Shown here in pieces: positions 9,171-18,512 of a stretch of 64,000 bases of DNA (position 1 is its first letter; each line of letters opens with the position of its first letter). Source of the stretch: Lysobacteraceae bacterium (GTDB lineage: Bacteria; Bdellovibrionota; UBA1018; JAGTJX01); contig JAGTJX010000001.1 of assembly GCA_023657465.1 (NCBI GenBank), positions 460,358-524,357 on the forward strand, in the 5' to 3' direction. The position numbers were made by a program, and so were the translations under genes. The notes beneath the pieces are model-generated. The model had not been told where the DNA came from. It saw only the letters and a program-made list of their open reading frames with translations, and searched no databases.

Positions 9171-11663
9171 ATGGTGATTGATAGCAAAAATCAAATCGTA
9201 GCTCCTGATCAAGTTTTACCACCCAATCTCTTCGTGCTTCCTGTGAATCACGCGGTAGTGTTTCCGACGCTCATGGCGCCGATCATGGTTCAAGTTCCGA
9301 GATTCATTGCGACGGTCGAAGAGTCCATCTCTCGTCAGCGGATCATTGGTCTTCTCATTCATAAGACAGGCGAAGTTTCAGAAAACACTCAGACCAGTGA
9401 TCTCTACACCACAGGTGTAGTAGTGAAGGTGCTCAAACGGTTTAAACTCCCTGATGGATCAGTCAACATTCTCGTTCACAGTATCAAGCGCTTCAAGGCT
9501 AAGAACTTCATCTCCGAACAACCCCACTTCATCGCTCAAGCAGAATACTTAGAAGAGTTCACTGAGAAGTCGACCGACATGGACGCACTCTCTCGCTCAG
9601 TGATTGCAAGCGTGAAGAAACTTTCTGAAACCAATCCCTTTTTCACTGATGAAATGAGAATGGCAATGATCAACGCCCCTCATCCGGGTGTGGTCTCTGA
9701 TATTGTCGCATTTGCTCTTGCACTCCCACGTGAAGACGCACAGGTCTTCTTAGAGACGACATCCGTAAAAGAGCGTTTCGAAAAACTCCTCGTATTCCTT
9801 CAGAAGGAACAAAACGTCTCAGATCTTCAAAAAAAGATTCAAGGTGATGTGAACGGCAAGATCAGCACGATGCAAAGAGAGTTTTTCCTCAAGGAACAAC
9901 TCAAGGTCATCAAAAAAGAATTAGGAATTGAAGAAGAAGGCAAAGACAAGAATAAGAGAAGCTTTGCTGAGCGGATTGAATCTGCTGGAATGACTGAAGA
10001 AGCGAAGAAAGTAGCTCTCGAAGAGCTTGAGAAGTTTGAAACTCTTTCTGAGAGCTCGCCTGAATATAATATTTCTAGGAATTATCTTGAGACGATCTGT
10101 TCACTCCCTTGGAGTAATGAGACTCAGGACAATCTCGATCTTGGTCATGCTCAAAGTGTTCTTGATGAAGATCACTACGGATTGAACAAAGTGAAGGATC
10201 GCATCATCGAGTTTCTCGCTGTGAGGAAATTGAATCCTAAGTCGCCCAAGGGATCGATCATCTGCTTAGTAGGTCCTCCAGGTGTTGGTAAGACATCAGT
10301 CGGTAAGTCCATTGCTAAGACAATGGGAAGATCCTTCTACAGATTCTCTCTCGGCGGCATGCGTGACGAAGCTGAAATCAAGGGTCACAGAAGGACTTAT
10401 ATCGGCGCTCTTCCAGGAAAATTCATTCAAGCGATGAAGCGTGCGGGAACCAAGAACCCCGTCATTATGCTCGACGAAATCGACAAGCTTGGAAACAGCT
10501 TTCAAGGTGATCCAGCGAGCGCGCTACTTGAAGTTTTGGATTCTGAGCAGAACTCACAGTTCTTGGATCATTATCTTGATCTGCACTATGATCTTTCAAA
10601 GGTTTTGTTTGTAGCTACAGCCAATAATCTCTCGACCATTCCAGCTCCACTTTTAGATCGCATGGAAATCATTGAGATCCCTGGCTATACACTTGAAGAG
10701 AAAGAAGAAATTGCTTCTCGCTACGTGATTCCAAAAGTCCTTGAGTCCAATGGTTTGAAACCCAATCAAATTAGAATCGAAAAAGCCGCTTTGAAGAAGA
10801 TCATGAACGACTACGCAAGAGAACCAGGTCTTAGGGTTCTTCAACAAATGATCGAAAAAATCGCCCGCAAAGCTGTCGCTCAAATTGTGAGAGGTATGGA
10901 CCGTGGTCAGGCTCAGCGCCCGATTTGGATTCATGTGGATGATCTTCATGAGTATCTAGGTAACAAGCGCTTTTATAATGAGCTTGCCGAAAGAGTGACT
11001 TCACCTGGTGTCGTCACAGGACTTGCCTGGACTGCGATGGGTGGAGATATCCTCTTCATCGAAGCCGCTTCTCTTCCTGGTATTGGCAATCTCAAGCTCA
11101 CTGGTCAAATGGGTGAGGTGATGACTGAGAGCGCTGCGATCGCATGGACGTTTGTGAAGAAAAAAATTTTGAAAGGCAAGACACACAAACCTGAATTCTT
11201 CAAAGAGAACGACTTCCACTTACACATTCCGGCAGGAGCTATCCCTAAGGATGGTCCATCTGCAGGTGTGACGATGGCTGCGGCTCTGTACTCTCTGATT
11301 ACAAACAGAAAATCCAAACAGCGAGTCGCAATGACGGGTGAGCTCTCGCTTATCGGCAAAGTGCTACCTGTCGGTGGAATCAAAGAGAAAATCCTGGCAG
11401 CGAAGCGAGCTGGAGTGACTACGATCATCATGCCTAAGTTGAATGAGAAGGACTTGAATGAAGTTCCAAAGTCAGCGCTCAAGGATCTTGAGATTCATTA
11501 CGTCAGTCATGTGGATGAAGTGCTTGATCTCGTGCTTGAAGAGCCAGCTAAGATTGTTGCTAAAAAAGAAACAGCTACTTCCAGGATCTTAAAGAAGAAA
11601 TCCAAGAAAGTAGCTGTGACTAAATCAAAACGTTTATCGCGTTATAGTGAAAAGCGATCTTAG
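9171..11663 (+). CDS. lon: ATP-dependent Lon protease
   Basis: Lon N-domain, GPPGVGKTS, LDEIDK, PKDGPSAG catalytic Ser, GGIKEK Lys; start could be 9144, 9165 or 9171. Confidence 0.96.
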   Translation: MVIDSKNQIVAPDQVLPPNLFVLPVNHAVVFPTLMAPIMVQVPRFIATVEESISRQRIIGLLIHKTGEVSENTQTSDLYTTGVVVKVLKRFKLPDGSVNILVHSIKRFKAKNFISEQPHFIAQAEYLEEFTEKSTDMDALSRSVIASVKKLSETNPFFTDEMRMAMINAPHPGVVSDIVAFALALPREDAQVFLETTSVKERFEKLLVFLQKEQNVSDLQKKIQGDVNGKISTMQREFFLKEQLKVIKKELGIEEEGKDKNKRSFAERIESAGMTEEAKKVALEELEKFETLSESSPEYNISRNYLETICSLPWSNETQDNLDLGHAQSVLDEDHYGLNKVKDRIIEFLAVRKLNPKSPKGSIICLVGPPGVGKTSVGKSIAKTMGRSFYRFSLGGMRDEAEIKGHRRTYIGALPGKFIQAMKRAGTKNPVIMLDEIDKLGNSFQGDPASALLEVLDSEQNSQFLDHYLDLHYDLSKVLFVATANNLSTIPAPLLDRMEIIEIPGYTLEEKEEIASRYVIPKVLESNGLKPNQIRIEKAALKKIMNDYAREPGLRVLQQMIEKIARKAVAQIVRGMDRGQAQRPIWIHVDDLHEYLGNKRFYNELAERVTSPGVVTGLAWTAMGGDILFIEAASLPGIGNLKLTGQMGEVMTESAAIAWTFVKKKILKGKTHKPEFFKENDFHLHIPAGAIPKDGPSAGVTMAAALYSLITNRKSKQRVAMTGELSLIGKVLPVGGIKEKILAAKRAGVTTIIMPKLNEKDLNEVPKSALKDLEIHYVSHVDEVLDLVLEEPAKIVAKKETATSRILKKKSKKVAVTKSKRLSRYSEKRS

Positions 11664-12127
11664 TAACTACAGGTTAAAGTTTCTTTGGTTTTAACACCAT
11701 TCTTACAATCCTTGCTTTCAATAAAGAGGACTGCTTGATCTTTAGTGGATTTTGTAAAAGTTAATTGCTGGTAATATTTACACTTATTTTTTCCTTCGAA
11801 AAAATCAAAATAGGATACAAATCCATTAGAGATTTTTACTTTATTTTTATTAAAATCCCAGGATTGTAAATCTGTTCCGAGTTGTTTACTGCCTACTGTG
11901 ATTTCAAAAATATCGGCTGTTACTGTGTTATCAGAGCTCCAGCTATCAATATTATTTACTGCGACATAACAATTTTTTTTACCATAAATGACTTTTTTGT
12001 TTTTTGTGTATAAGCCTTCACCTGTTTTACCTTCAAATTTATTGAGACGATTGATAACAGATTTAAGTGTGTCTGCTTGTGAAGAAGTAGCTAATAGAAC
12101 TGAAAATAGAACGATAATAGATTTCAT
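11660..12127 (-). CDS. AT-rich secreted hypothetical protein
   Basis: SD GGGG, signal peptide MKSIIVLFSVLLATSSQA; four Cys; visibly lower GC than flanks. Confidence 0.65.
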   Translation of the reverse strand: MKSIIVLFSVLLATSSQADTLKSVINRLNKFEGKTGEGLYTKNKKVIYGKKNCYVAVNNIDSWSSDNTVTADIFEITVGSKQLGTDLQSWDFNKNKVKISNGFVSYFDFFEGKNKCKYYQQLTFTKSTKDQAVLFIESKDCKNGVKTKETLTCSY

Positions 12128-12193
12128 AAATCCCCCTTGTTTAAGATGCGGGAGATTTATCACGAAATATTATTTAAACAATATGAATTGTAT

Positions 12194-12430
12194 TTAGTGA
12201 GGAAGATGCGGCTGAGTGAGCTTCTCGCCTGGACCGAAATCAACAACCTTGTTGCTCTTCACAGTTCCAGCTGCAATCTCACGTAGAGCTGTAACAACAA
12301 TACGGTTTTTGCTCTTAATCGTTGGGTCAGAACCTTTGAAAATCTGACGAGCGCGTCTCGTTGCTGTGTGAACGAGTTCGTACATGTTTGGAATATTCTT
12401 TAAACAGTCTTCAATTGTGATTCTTGCCAT
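12194..12430 (-). CDS. rpoZ: RNA polymerase omega subunit
   Basis: [10 protein letters not shown]...ELV..A..RARQI...ALREIAAG. Confidence 0.93.
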   Translation of the reverse strand: MARITIEDCLKNIPNMYELVHTATRRARQIFKGSDPTIKSKNRIVVTALREIAAGTVKSNKVVDFGPGEKLTQPHLPH

Positions 12431-12488
12431 GGGGCATGAATAGCAAACCCCACCTATGAAAGTCAAGGCGCGGTTATATTGCTTAGAG

Positions 12489-12965
12489 TCATTTTCGGCC
12501 AGTTTTGCGAGATTTCATGGCTTGATCCATCTCTTTTTGAGCGGATTTCTTCTTCATATCCGCTCGTTTGTCGCCTGCATTCTTACCCTTGGCGATTCCT
12601 AGCTCGACCTTCACTCTCCCGGCATTGAAGTAGAACTTGGTGGGAACGATGGTCATCCCCTTCTGAGTGATGAGACCGAAAAGCTTAATGATTTCCTGTT
12701 TATGGATCAGGAGTTTTCGCTCGCGCGTGGGTTCGTGATTCCAGATGTTTCCATGTTTGTAAGGCGCGATGTGAGCATGCATGAGGTAAGCCTCAAGACT
12801 TGCTGCAGTTTTCTGCTTAATTGCTACGTAGGAATCCTTCAGATTCGGTGATCCATCACGGATGCTTTTGATCTCAGTGCCAGTGAGCGCAATCCCAGCC
12901 TCGAGAGTTTCCGAGATGTGGTAGTTGCGATAGGCATTGGGATTGGTCGCGATTAGTTTTTCCAT
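12489..12965 (-). CDS. smpB: SsrA-binding protein
   Basis: [33 protein letters not shown]. Confidence 0.95.
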   Translation of the reverse strand: MEKLIATNPNAYRNYHISETLEAGIALTGTEIKSIRDGSPNLKDSYVAIKQKTAASLEAYLMHAHIAPYKHGNIWNHEPTRERKLLIHKQEIIKLFGLITQKGMTIVPTKFYFNAGRVKVELGIAKGKNAGDKRADMKKKSAQKEMDQAMKSRKTGRK

Positions 12966-13561
12966 GTGGGTTGCGCAATACCGAGAGACAAGATCAGTTT
13001 GAATGCCTCTTCGACTTTCAAATGAGTTTCTTTGACTTCGGTTTCCTTCACGATGAGATGGAATCCAGAAGTAGGGTTGGGAACAGTAGGAATGAACACA
13101 TTGAGATAACCATCCGGGAGAGTCTTGCTCACTGCAGGTCCAGTGACGAATGCAACAGCCCAGACACCTACACGTGGATACTCTATATAGACAACTCTGC
13201 TAAATTGTTTGCCTCCACCAGTAGCGAGAGTTTTTAAGAGTTGATCGAGAGATGAGTAGATCGTACCAACTACAGGAATGCGTTGGATTTGTTCACCGAA
13301 GAATTCCAAGAATTTCTTACCGAAGTAAAACTTTGAAAACAAACCCAAGAGAGCGATTCCAATTGCGAATGCAACAGTGATTCCTAGTACCAAGAGACCC
13401 GTGATGACTTCAGATTCAGGTCTTAATTCACTTGGGACGAGATCGATGAAGTCCCATAGAAAACTCACGAAGTATCTACTGATCCAAAAAATAACCACCA
13501 TCGGAATGAATACAATCACTCCGGTTAGAAAATTTTTTCTTAAAATCTCGATGATCTTCAT
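12953..13561 (-). CDS. DUF502 membrane protein
   Basis: RIPVV..IYS, IEYPR, FIPTVPNPTSGF motifs. Confidence 0.85.
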   Translation of the reverse strand: MKIIEILRKNFLTGVIVFIPMVVIFWISRYFVSFLWDFIDLVPSELRPESEVITGLLVLGITVAFAIGIALLGLFSKFYFGKKFLEFFGEQIQRIPVVGTIYSSLDQLLKTLATGGGKQFSRVVYIEYPRVGVWAVAFVTGPAVSKTLPDGYLNVFIPTVPNPTSGFHLIVKETEVKETHLKVEEAFKLILSLGIAQPTWKN

Positions 13562-13575
13562 TGTTTCAGTCTTTC

Positions 13576-14934
13576 TTACATCTCAAACGATACGTTTGCT
13601 CCGCCGCCAAGTAGGGATCCACTCACAGTATACCCTGGAGCACCAATATCGGAAGAGGAAGCCTTAGTAATATTTTGGGTCTCAAGTTGATGATAAGCTA
13701 GATAAACATCAAAACTCCAGGATGATTTTTGTAAACGCCCACCCAGGGTATACATCATTCTAGATGGGTCTAATAAGTTATAATTTCCAGTGTCATTTGC
13801 AGAAGTTTTGACAATGCTTGGCCTGTAGCCTGCACCCGCTTTCACAAACCATTGAGAAGGGCCTGTGTCTTTGATCATCCACTCCTCAGTGATGCCTACG
13901 ATTAAGATATCTTTGAATTCAATCGGTAGAGTCTGTGATGGACTCACGTTGAGAGGACAGTAAGTACCATTTTCGCAAGTAGAGGTCTGAGGATTTGTGA
14001 TCATCGCTGTGGGTGGTTTGAACGTAGACCAACGCTGATAGCTCGATTCGATTTTGAGAACTCCGCGCCTCAAGTGTGGAACTGAAAAACCTAAATCTAA
14101 ACTCCACGGATCAAAGTAGAGGGATGAGAGACCTGTGAGTTGAAAGGCAAACGCTGCAGTATCACCGAACACTCGAGAGGCTGCGGTCATATCGAGAGTG
14201 GCGCTTGAGTCAGCAGGAAATCTCACGACTCCGCTGATAGAGCAATTCGGACAAAAGTCATGGTCACTGAATTGGTAGCTTGATCCAATGATGGGAACGG
14301 GGAAGGGGCGTAGTGATGCTAAGAACCTAATGGATGAAGGTTTCACGGGATTGGTTTGCAACATCACATTTGCTCGAGCAGTAAGATTGTATCCAAGACG
14401 TAGAGACGCACCCAGGTTGAATCTCGGTAGTGGTTGAATCCCAAACCCTACTGCGACTTCTGGTCTCTGAGAACGAGAACGATCGAGTACAAACTCAGGA
14501 GAGAATGTTTCGCCTGAGTCATAGTACGCGAGAGCAGACCAAGGGAGGAAGCTTGAGAGTCCGATGCTGAAGTTTAAGAATTCTGGAAAGAGTGCATACC
14601 GAAGACCAAGTAACTGACCGATGGTGGTTCTGTAGTCAGGATCTAAGTTTCCGACTCGAGTTTTGTCAGAGACAGTATTATTCTCAAGTAGAATATTCGA
14701 CATTCGCGAGAACTGAGGAATGAGTGTGTTCCATCCATACTGAGCAGAGAGTTTGTTCTTAGCTGCGAGTTGTGCAGGATTTTCAAACGCTGACATTGGA
14801 TTGCCTACATCTGTAATGGTGACGAAACTTCCATTAGATACGCTGAAGGGACTAGAGGCCCAAGTCGAGGAAGAAAGAGAAGAAGAAAGAATAGAGGAGA
14901 GAAGTACTATTGCAAGTCCCAGTGCTTGGCGCAC
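13576..14934 (-). CDS. Outer-membrane beta-barrel, FadL/OmpP1-like
   Basis: Signal peptide from GTG 14934; NPA motif near N-terminus; amphipathic strands. Confidence 0.55.
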   Translation of the reverse strand: MRQALGLAIVLLSSILSSSLSSSTWASSPFSVSNGSFVTITDVGNPMSAFENPAQLAAKNKLSAQYGWNTLIPQFSRMSNILLENNTVSDKTRVGNLDPDYRTTIGQLLGLRYALFPEFLNFSIGLSSFLPWSALAYYDSGETFSPEFVLDRSRSQRPEVAVGFGIQPLPRFNLGASLRLGYNLTARANVMLQTNPVKPSSIRFLASLRPFPVPIIGSSYQFSDHDFCPNCSISGVVRFPADSSATLDMTAASRVFGDTAAFAFQLTGLSSLYFDPWSLDLGFSVPHLRRGVLKIESSYQRWSTFKPPTAMITNPQTSTCENGTYCPLNVSPSQTLPIEFKDILIVGITEEWMIKDTGPSQWFVKAGAGYRPSIVKTSANDTGNYNLLDPSRMMYTLGGRLQKSSWSFDVYLAYHQLETQNITKASSSDIGAPGYTVSGSLLGGGANVSFEM

Positions 14935-15725
14935 GATTGAAAAAGCGCGCTCCAATGTTCCCAAGTGAGAGCCTCTGCTCTGAGTGTTTCTGGAACCTTT
15001 GAATCTGTAAGACCTGACTTCCATAATGCGTGGTCGTTAAATATCGAACGCAGCATCTTTCTTCTATGAGAAAACGCTAATTTTAGCAAATCTTGCCAAA
15101 GTTTCTTATGCGCCTCGGAGGATTGAGTCTGGGGAATTCTAGCTTGAGGTCTTGGGATACATTTAATGACCAGTGAGTCAATTTTGGGTTTAGGTTTGAA
15201 TGCAGAGGGCGGAACAAGCAGAACCTTCTCAATATCCCAGACGTTTTGAGACCAGATCCCTAGGCTTCCAACGGTCTTGGGTTTCAGTAGTATTCTCTCA
15301 GCGACTTCTTTTTGGAACATGAGCACCATGAATTTGATTTCGTGGGGATGCTCTGCAAGCTTGGTGAATATTCTTGTGCCTACAGAGTAAGGGAGATTGG
15401 AGAAGAGACCCACAGGCTCGCTCCTAAAAAGTGAATGGTAATCCGTATCCACAGCGTCTTCTAGCCTGAGAGTGAGCTGAGGTATTGTAGTGGTCTTCCA
15501 CTTTTCTGCGATCTCTCTATCCTTCTCGATCAGAGTCAGCGGCAACTCTGGATGGCGCTCAGTCCAGGGACGAGTGAGTGCACCTAGTCCTGGTCCAATT
15601 TCAAACATTTGCTTCACAGGATATTGAGATAGTGAGTGATCAATTGAATCGATGATTCGACCTATGATGGAGTCATTAACAAGAAAGTTTTGGCCGAATG
15701 CTTTTTGTTTAACGAATTGGCTCAT
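14907..15725 (-). CDS. rsmA: 16S rRNA dimethyladenosine transferase
   Basis: FGQNFL, EIGPGLGALT, SNLPYS, QKEVAER. Confidence 0.95.
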   Translation of the reverse strand: MSQFVKQKAFGQNFLVNDSIIGRIIDSIDHSLSQYPVKQMFEIGPGLGALTRPWTERHPELPLTLIEKDREIAEKWKTTTIPQLTLRLEDAVDTDYHSLFRSEPVGLFSNLPYSVGTRIFTKLAEHPHEIKFMVLMFQKEVAERILLKPKTVGSLGIWSQNVWDIEKVLLVPPSAFKPKPKIDSLVIKCIPRPQARIPQTQSSEAHKKLWQDLLKLAFSHRRKMLRSIFNDHALWKSGLTDSKVPETLRAEALTWEHWSALFQSCAKHWDLQ

Positions 15726-16771
15726 GCGGATGCCTGCGCATTCAACTTTAAAGCTTCGTGATGAGTTAAGAACTGGCCTTGAGAGAATCTCAAAGCTCCT
15801 GCAGCTGCAATCATTGCAGCGTTATCGGTGCAGTATTCTTTCAGAGGCTGATAAATTTTAATATTTTTTAGTGATTCCAAGCGAGCACGCAGAGCAGAGT
15901 TGGCAGCAACTCCTCCGACGATTGCGATTCCCTTACAGTCGTACTGATGAATTGCGATTTTAATTTTTGAGAAAAGTGCATCGATGATCGCTTCTTGAAC
16001 AGATGCTGCGAGATCTTTCTTAGAGCTCTCGAATGTACCCTTCTTTTTTAAATCTTGAATGACAAAGCTTGCTGCAGTCTTAAGTCCACTGAAGGAGAAG
16101 TCGAGTATGGACTTCTGTGGAAGTGCTCGAGGGAGAGTGAACGCATGAGGGTTTCCACCTTTGGCTTCACGGTCAATCCAGACTCCACCAGGGTAGGGGA
16201 ATCCCATGAGCTTAGCAGTCTTATCAAACGCTTCACCTGCGGCATCATCGCGAGATTGCCCGATGAGTGAGTGTTTCAAGAAGTCCTTCTCCCAGAATTC
16301 TGGAAGTGTCTTGATGATGTACATACTTGTGTGACCACCAGAGACGACGACGAGGAGGAGAGGAAGTTTTATTGTGTTGAGCGTGTCGCTCTGGTCTAGA
16401 AAAATACTGCACGCATGTCCCTCGAGATGATGAACGGGGACGACAGGCTTTTTCAAGCAGTAAGAGAGAGCCTTAGTAGCGCTTACTCCAACTAAGAGAG
16501 CGCCTACTAATCCTGGACGATTGGTCACTGCGATCGCGTCCAGATCTGAATATTTTCCGCCCCATACTTTCATAGCGCCATCAATCATCTGATTCACAGT
16601 TTCTAGATGATTCCGAGACGCGACCTCTGGTACGACTCCGCCATAGGGAATATGAAGGTCAATCTGAGAGAAAGTCGAAACCGAATGAACTTTGAACAGA
16701 TGTTGATCGAATTCTACGACGGATGCTGACGATTCGTCGCAGGAAGACTCAATGCCTAAAACAAAACTCAT
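15722..16771 (-). CDS. tsaD: tRNA N6-threonylcarbamoyltransferase
   Basis: GIESSCDE, HHLEGH, SGGHT, DDAAGEAFDK, TDNAAMIA. Confidence 0.96.
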   Translation of the reverse strand: MSFVLGIESSCDESSASVVEFDQHLFKVHSVSTFSQIDLHIPYGGVVPEVASRNHLETVNQMIDGAMKVWGGKYSDLDAIAVTNRPGLVGALLVGVSATKALSYCLKKPVVPVHHLEGHACSIFLDQSDTLNTIKLPLLLVVVSGGHTSMYIIKTLPEFWEKDFLKHSLIGQSRDDAAGEAFDKTAKLMGFPYPGGVWIDREAKGGNPHAFTLPRALPQKSILDFSFSGLKTAASFVIQDLKKKGTFESSKKDLAASVQEAIIDALFSKIKIAIHQYDCKGIAIVGGVAANSALRARLESLKNIKIYQPLKEYCTDNAAMIAAAGALRFSQGQFLTHHEALKLNAQASA

Positions 16772-17520
16772 TATTTCTTTTTCTTTTTAGATTTTTTGTC
16801 GCTATGAGAATTTTTCTGGTGTTTGAGTTCTTTTGCTTCAGGACTCTTTGGGAACTTGTCAGTGAGCTCTTGATAGAACGCTTGAGCATCTTCTTTCATA
16901 TGAAGAGCATCGAAGCTCTGTCCAATTTTCAAGAGTGCTTTTGGCATTTTTGGTGAATCAGAATACTTCTCAGGAAACTTCGAGAAGTCTACGATGGCCT
17001 TTTTGAATTCTTTCAGACGGTAGTAAGAATCACCACGGAGGAAGATCGCTTCTTCTGCGTTCTTAGGATTTGATTTAAGAAAGAGTCCTACTTCTGAAAC
17101 AGCAGTTTCATATTGAGCATCGTCGTACGCAGCTTTGGCCTTCTCTAGATGTTCCTTAGGATCTTTCTCGGTAGCAACTGCGAGTCCCTTCAGTCGCTCG
17201 AGAACTTCGAACTGAGTTTTTTCTACTTCAATTAAGCGAGTTTCAATTTTCTTAATGTCTTCGTCTTTGTAGGACTTGCCAGTAGTGAGACCCTTCTCAA
17301 TATCTTCAATACGACCGGTGAGGCGGGTGATTTCTGCTTTGAGTTCATCGACAGCGTAGAGACTGCCCGCTGGCGAGGTTTCTACGTTCCTTGGAGCGAC
17401 AGTTCTAGCGCCAGCATCATCGTATGGATTCTCTTTGAGTTGAGCGCGAGTTTTAATACAGCTCGTGAGTGTGAAGAGCGTTACGAAAACAAAAAAGAGT
17501 GTAAATTTTTTCATGCTCAT
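16771..17520 (-). CDS. cpoB: Tol-Pal associated TPR lipoprotein (YbgF/CpoB-like)
   Basis: Lipobox LTSC, coiled coil, TPRs (ALLKIG...FPKSPEA); near pal. Confidence 0.75.
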   Translation of the reverse strand: MSMKKFTLFFVFVTLFTLTSCIKTRAQLKENPYDDAGARTVAPRNVETSPAGSLYAVDELKAEITRLTGRIEDIEKGLTTGKSYKDEDIKKIETRLIEVEKTQFEVLERLKGLAVATEKDPKEHLEKAKAAYDDAQYETAVSEVGLFLKSNPKNAEEAIFLRGDSYYRLKEFKKAIVDFSKFPEKYSDSPKMPKALLKIGQSFDALHMKEDAQAFYQELTDKFPKSPEAKELKHQKNSHSDKKSKKKKK

Positions 17521-17533
17521 ATCTTAGCTCTTT

Positions 17534-17959
17534 TTACTGATTTGGTGAAGTGGAAGCTTGTTGATCGTCAACCGGCACTTGCTCAGGCGGTGGAGCATCC
17601 ACGGGTTGTAGATCAGGAGTAGATGCCGCAGTTGGCTGAGCCATAGGATCCTTAGGTGTCTCGTGTCTCACCCCTCCGACTTTAATGGCGTTGAATTCAG
17701 CTTTTTCGCCGTAACTTTTCGCCCGGATCAGCGCAGCCTTTGCTTCACTATAGTTTTTAAAACGGTATTCACGTTTTCCGAGATCGAGAGATTGTTGCGC
17801 TTTACGATAAAGATCGGGAGCCATGTTTTCTGCAGACACTTCTTTTGCAGCTCGTACAGAAGCGATAGCATCAGCAAGTTCCTGATCGGGTCTTGTTTCA
17901 AAAACTGAAGCACACGCACCCAGTGCGAGTAGAGCAATAAAAATTGCGTGAGCCTTCAT
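17534..17959 (-). CDS. DUF4398-like lipoprotein
   Basis: Lipobox LGAC; helical domain typical of DUF4398 next to OmpA-family genes; Pro-rich tail. Confidence 0.6.
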   Translation of the reverse strand: MKAHAIFIALLALGACASVFETRPDQELADAIASVRAAKEVSAENMAPDLYRKAQQSLDLGKREYRFKNYSEAKAALIRAKSYGEKAEFNAIKVGGVRHETPKDPMAQPTAASTPDLQPVDAPPPEQVPVDDQQASTSPNQ

Positions 17960-17971
17960 GAAGCGATTAAA

Positions 17972-18475
17972 TTATCTAGAAGTGACGACGAAGTTCGCAC
18001 GGCGGTTTTTAGCCATGGAGTCTTCTCCGGTTCCTTGATCGATGAGTTTTTCTTTTCCGAAGCTGATCGTAGTGATGCGATTGCCTTGGACACCTTTGTC
18101 GATCATATATTTACGAACAGCGTTTGCGCGTTTCTCACCAAGGGCTAAGTTATATTGAATGCCGCCGCGTTGATCGCAGTGACCTTCAACTTGAATCTTT
18201 GCTGAGGATTTGTCTTTTAAGATTTGAATGTTTGCAGCGAGTGCTTCTTTGTCAGCTGCAGAGAGTTCATATGAATCGTAGGGGAAGTGGATCGTCTGTA
18301 ATCCCATTGCGCGTCCGGTATCTGAATCGCCAATAGCACTGTTGTCATCAGCGCCAGCAGAAGTTGGAACTGGATTTTCATCTGGGTTGAGCTCATCTTT
18401 TTTGGAGCAACCAAAAGAAACAGTGAGAGCTAATGCGATTACGAAAGGGAATAAGTTTTTCTTGTTGTTGAACAT
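17972..18475 (-). CDS. pal: Peptidoglycan-associated lipoprotein
   Basis: Lipobox FGC; EGHCDQRG..YNLALGEKRA, ISFGKE, KNRRA. Confidence 0.92.
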   Translation of the reverse strand: MFNNKKNLFPFVIALALTVSFGCSKKDELNPDENPVPTSAGADDNSAIGDSDTGRAMGLQTIHFPYDSYELSAADKEALAANIQILKDKSSAKIQVEGHCDQRGGIQYNLALGEKRANAVRKYMIDKGVQGNRITTISFGKEKLIDQGTGEDSMAKNRRANFVVTSR

Positions 18476-18512
18476 CGATTCCTCCTGGAATGGGGTTTAG
18501 TTAAAGTTAGCT

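Noticed and set aside
12431-12488. tmRNA gene near smpB
   Set aside because: Spacer too short and no ssrA-like ends seen in the window
14866-14903. Purine-rich low-complexity run
   Set aside because: Encodes the Leu/Ser-rich signal region of the minus-strand OMP
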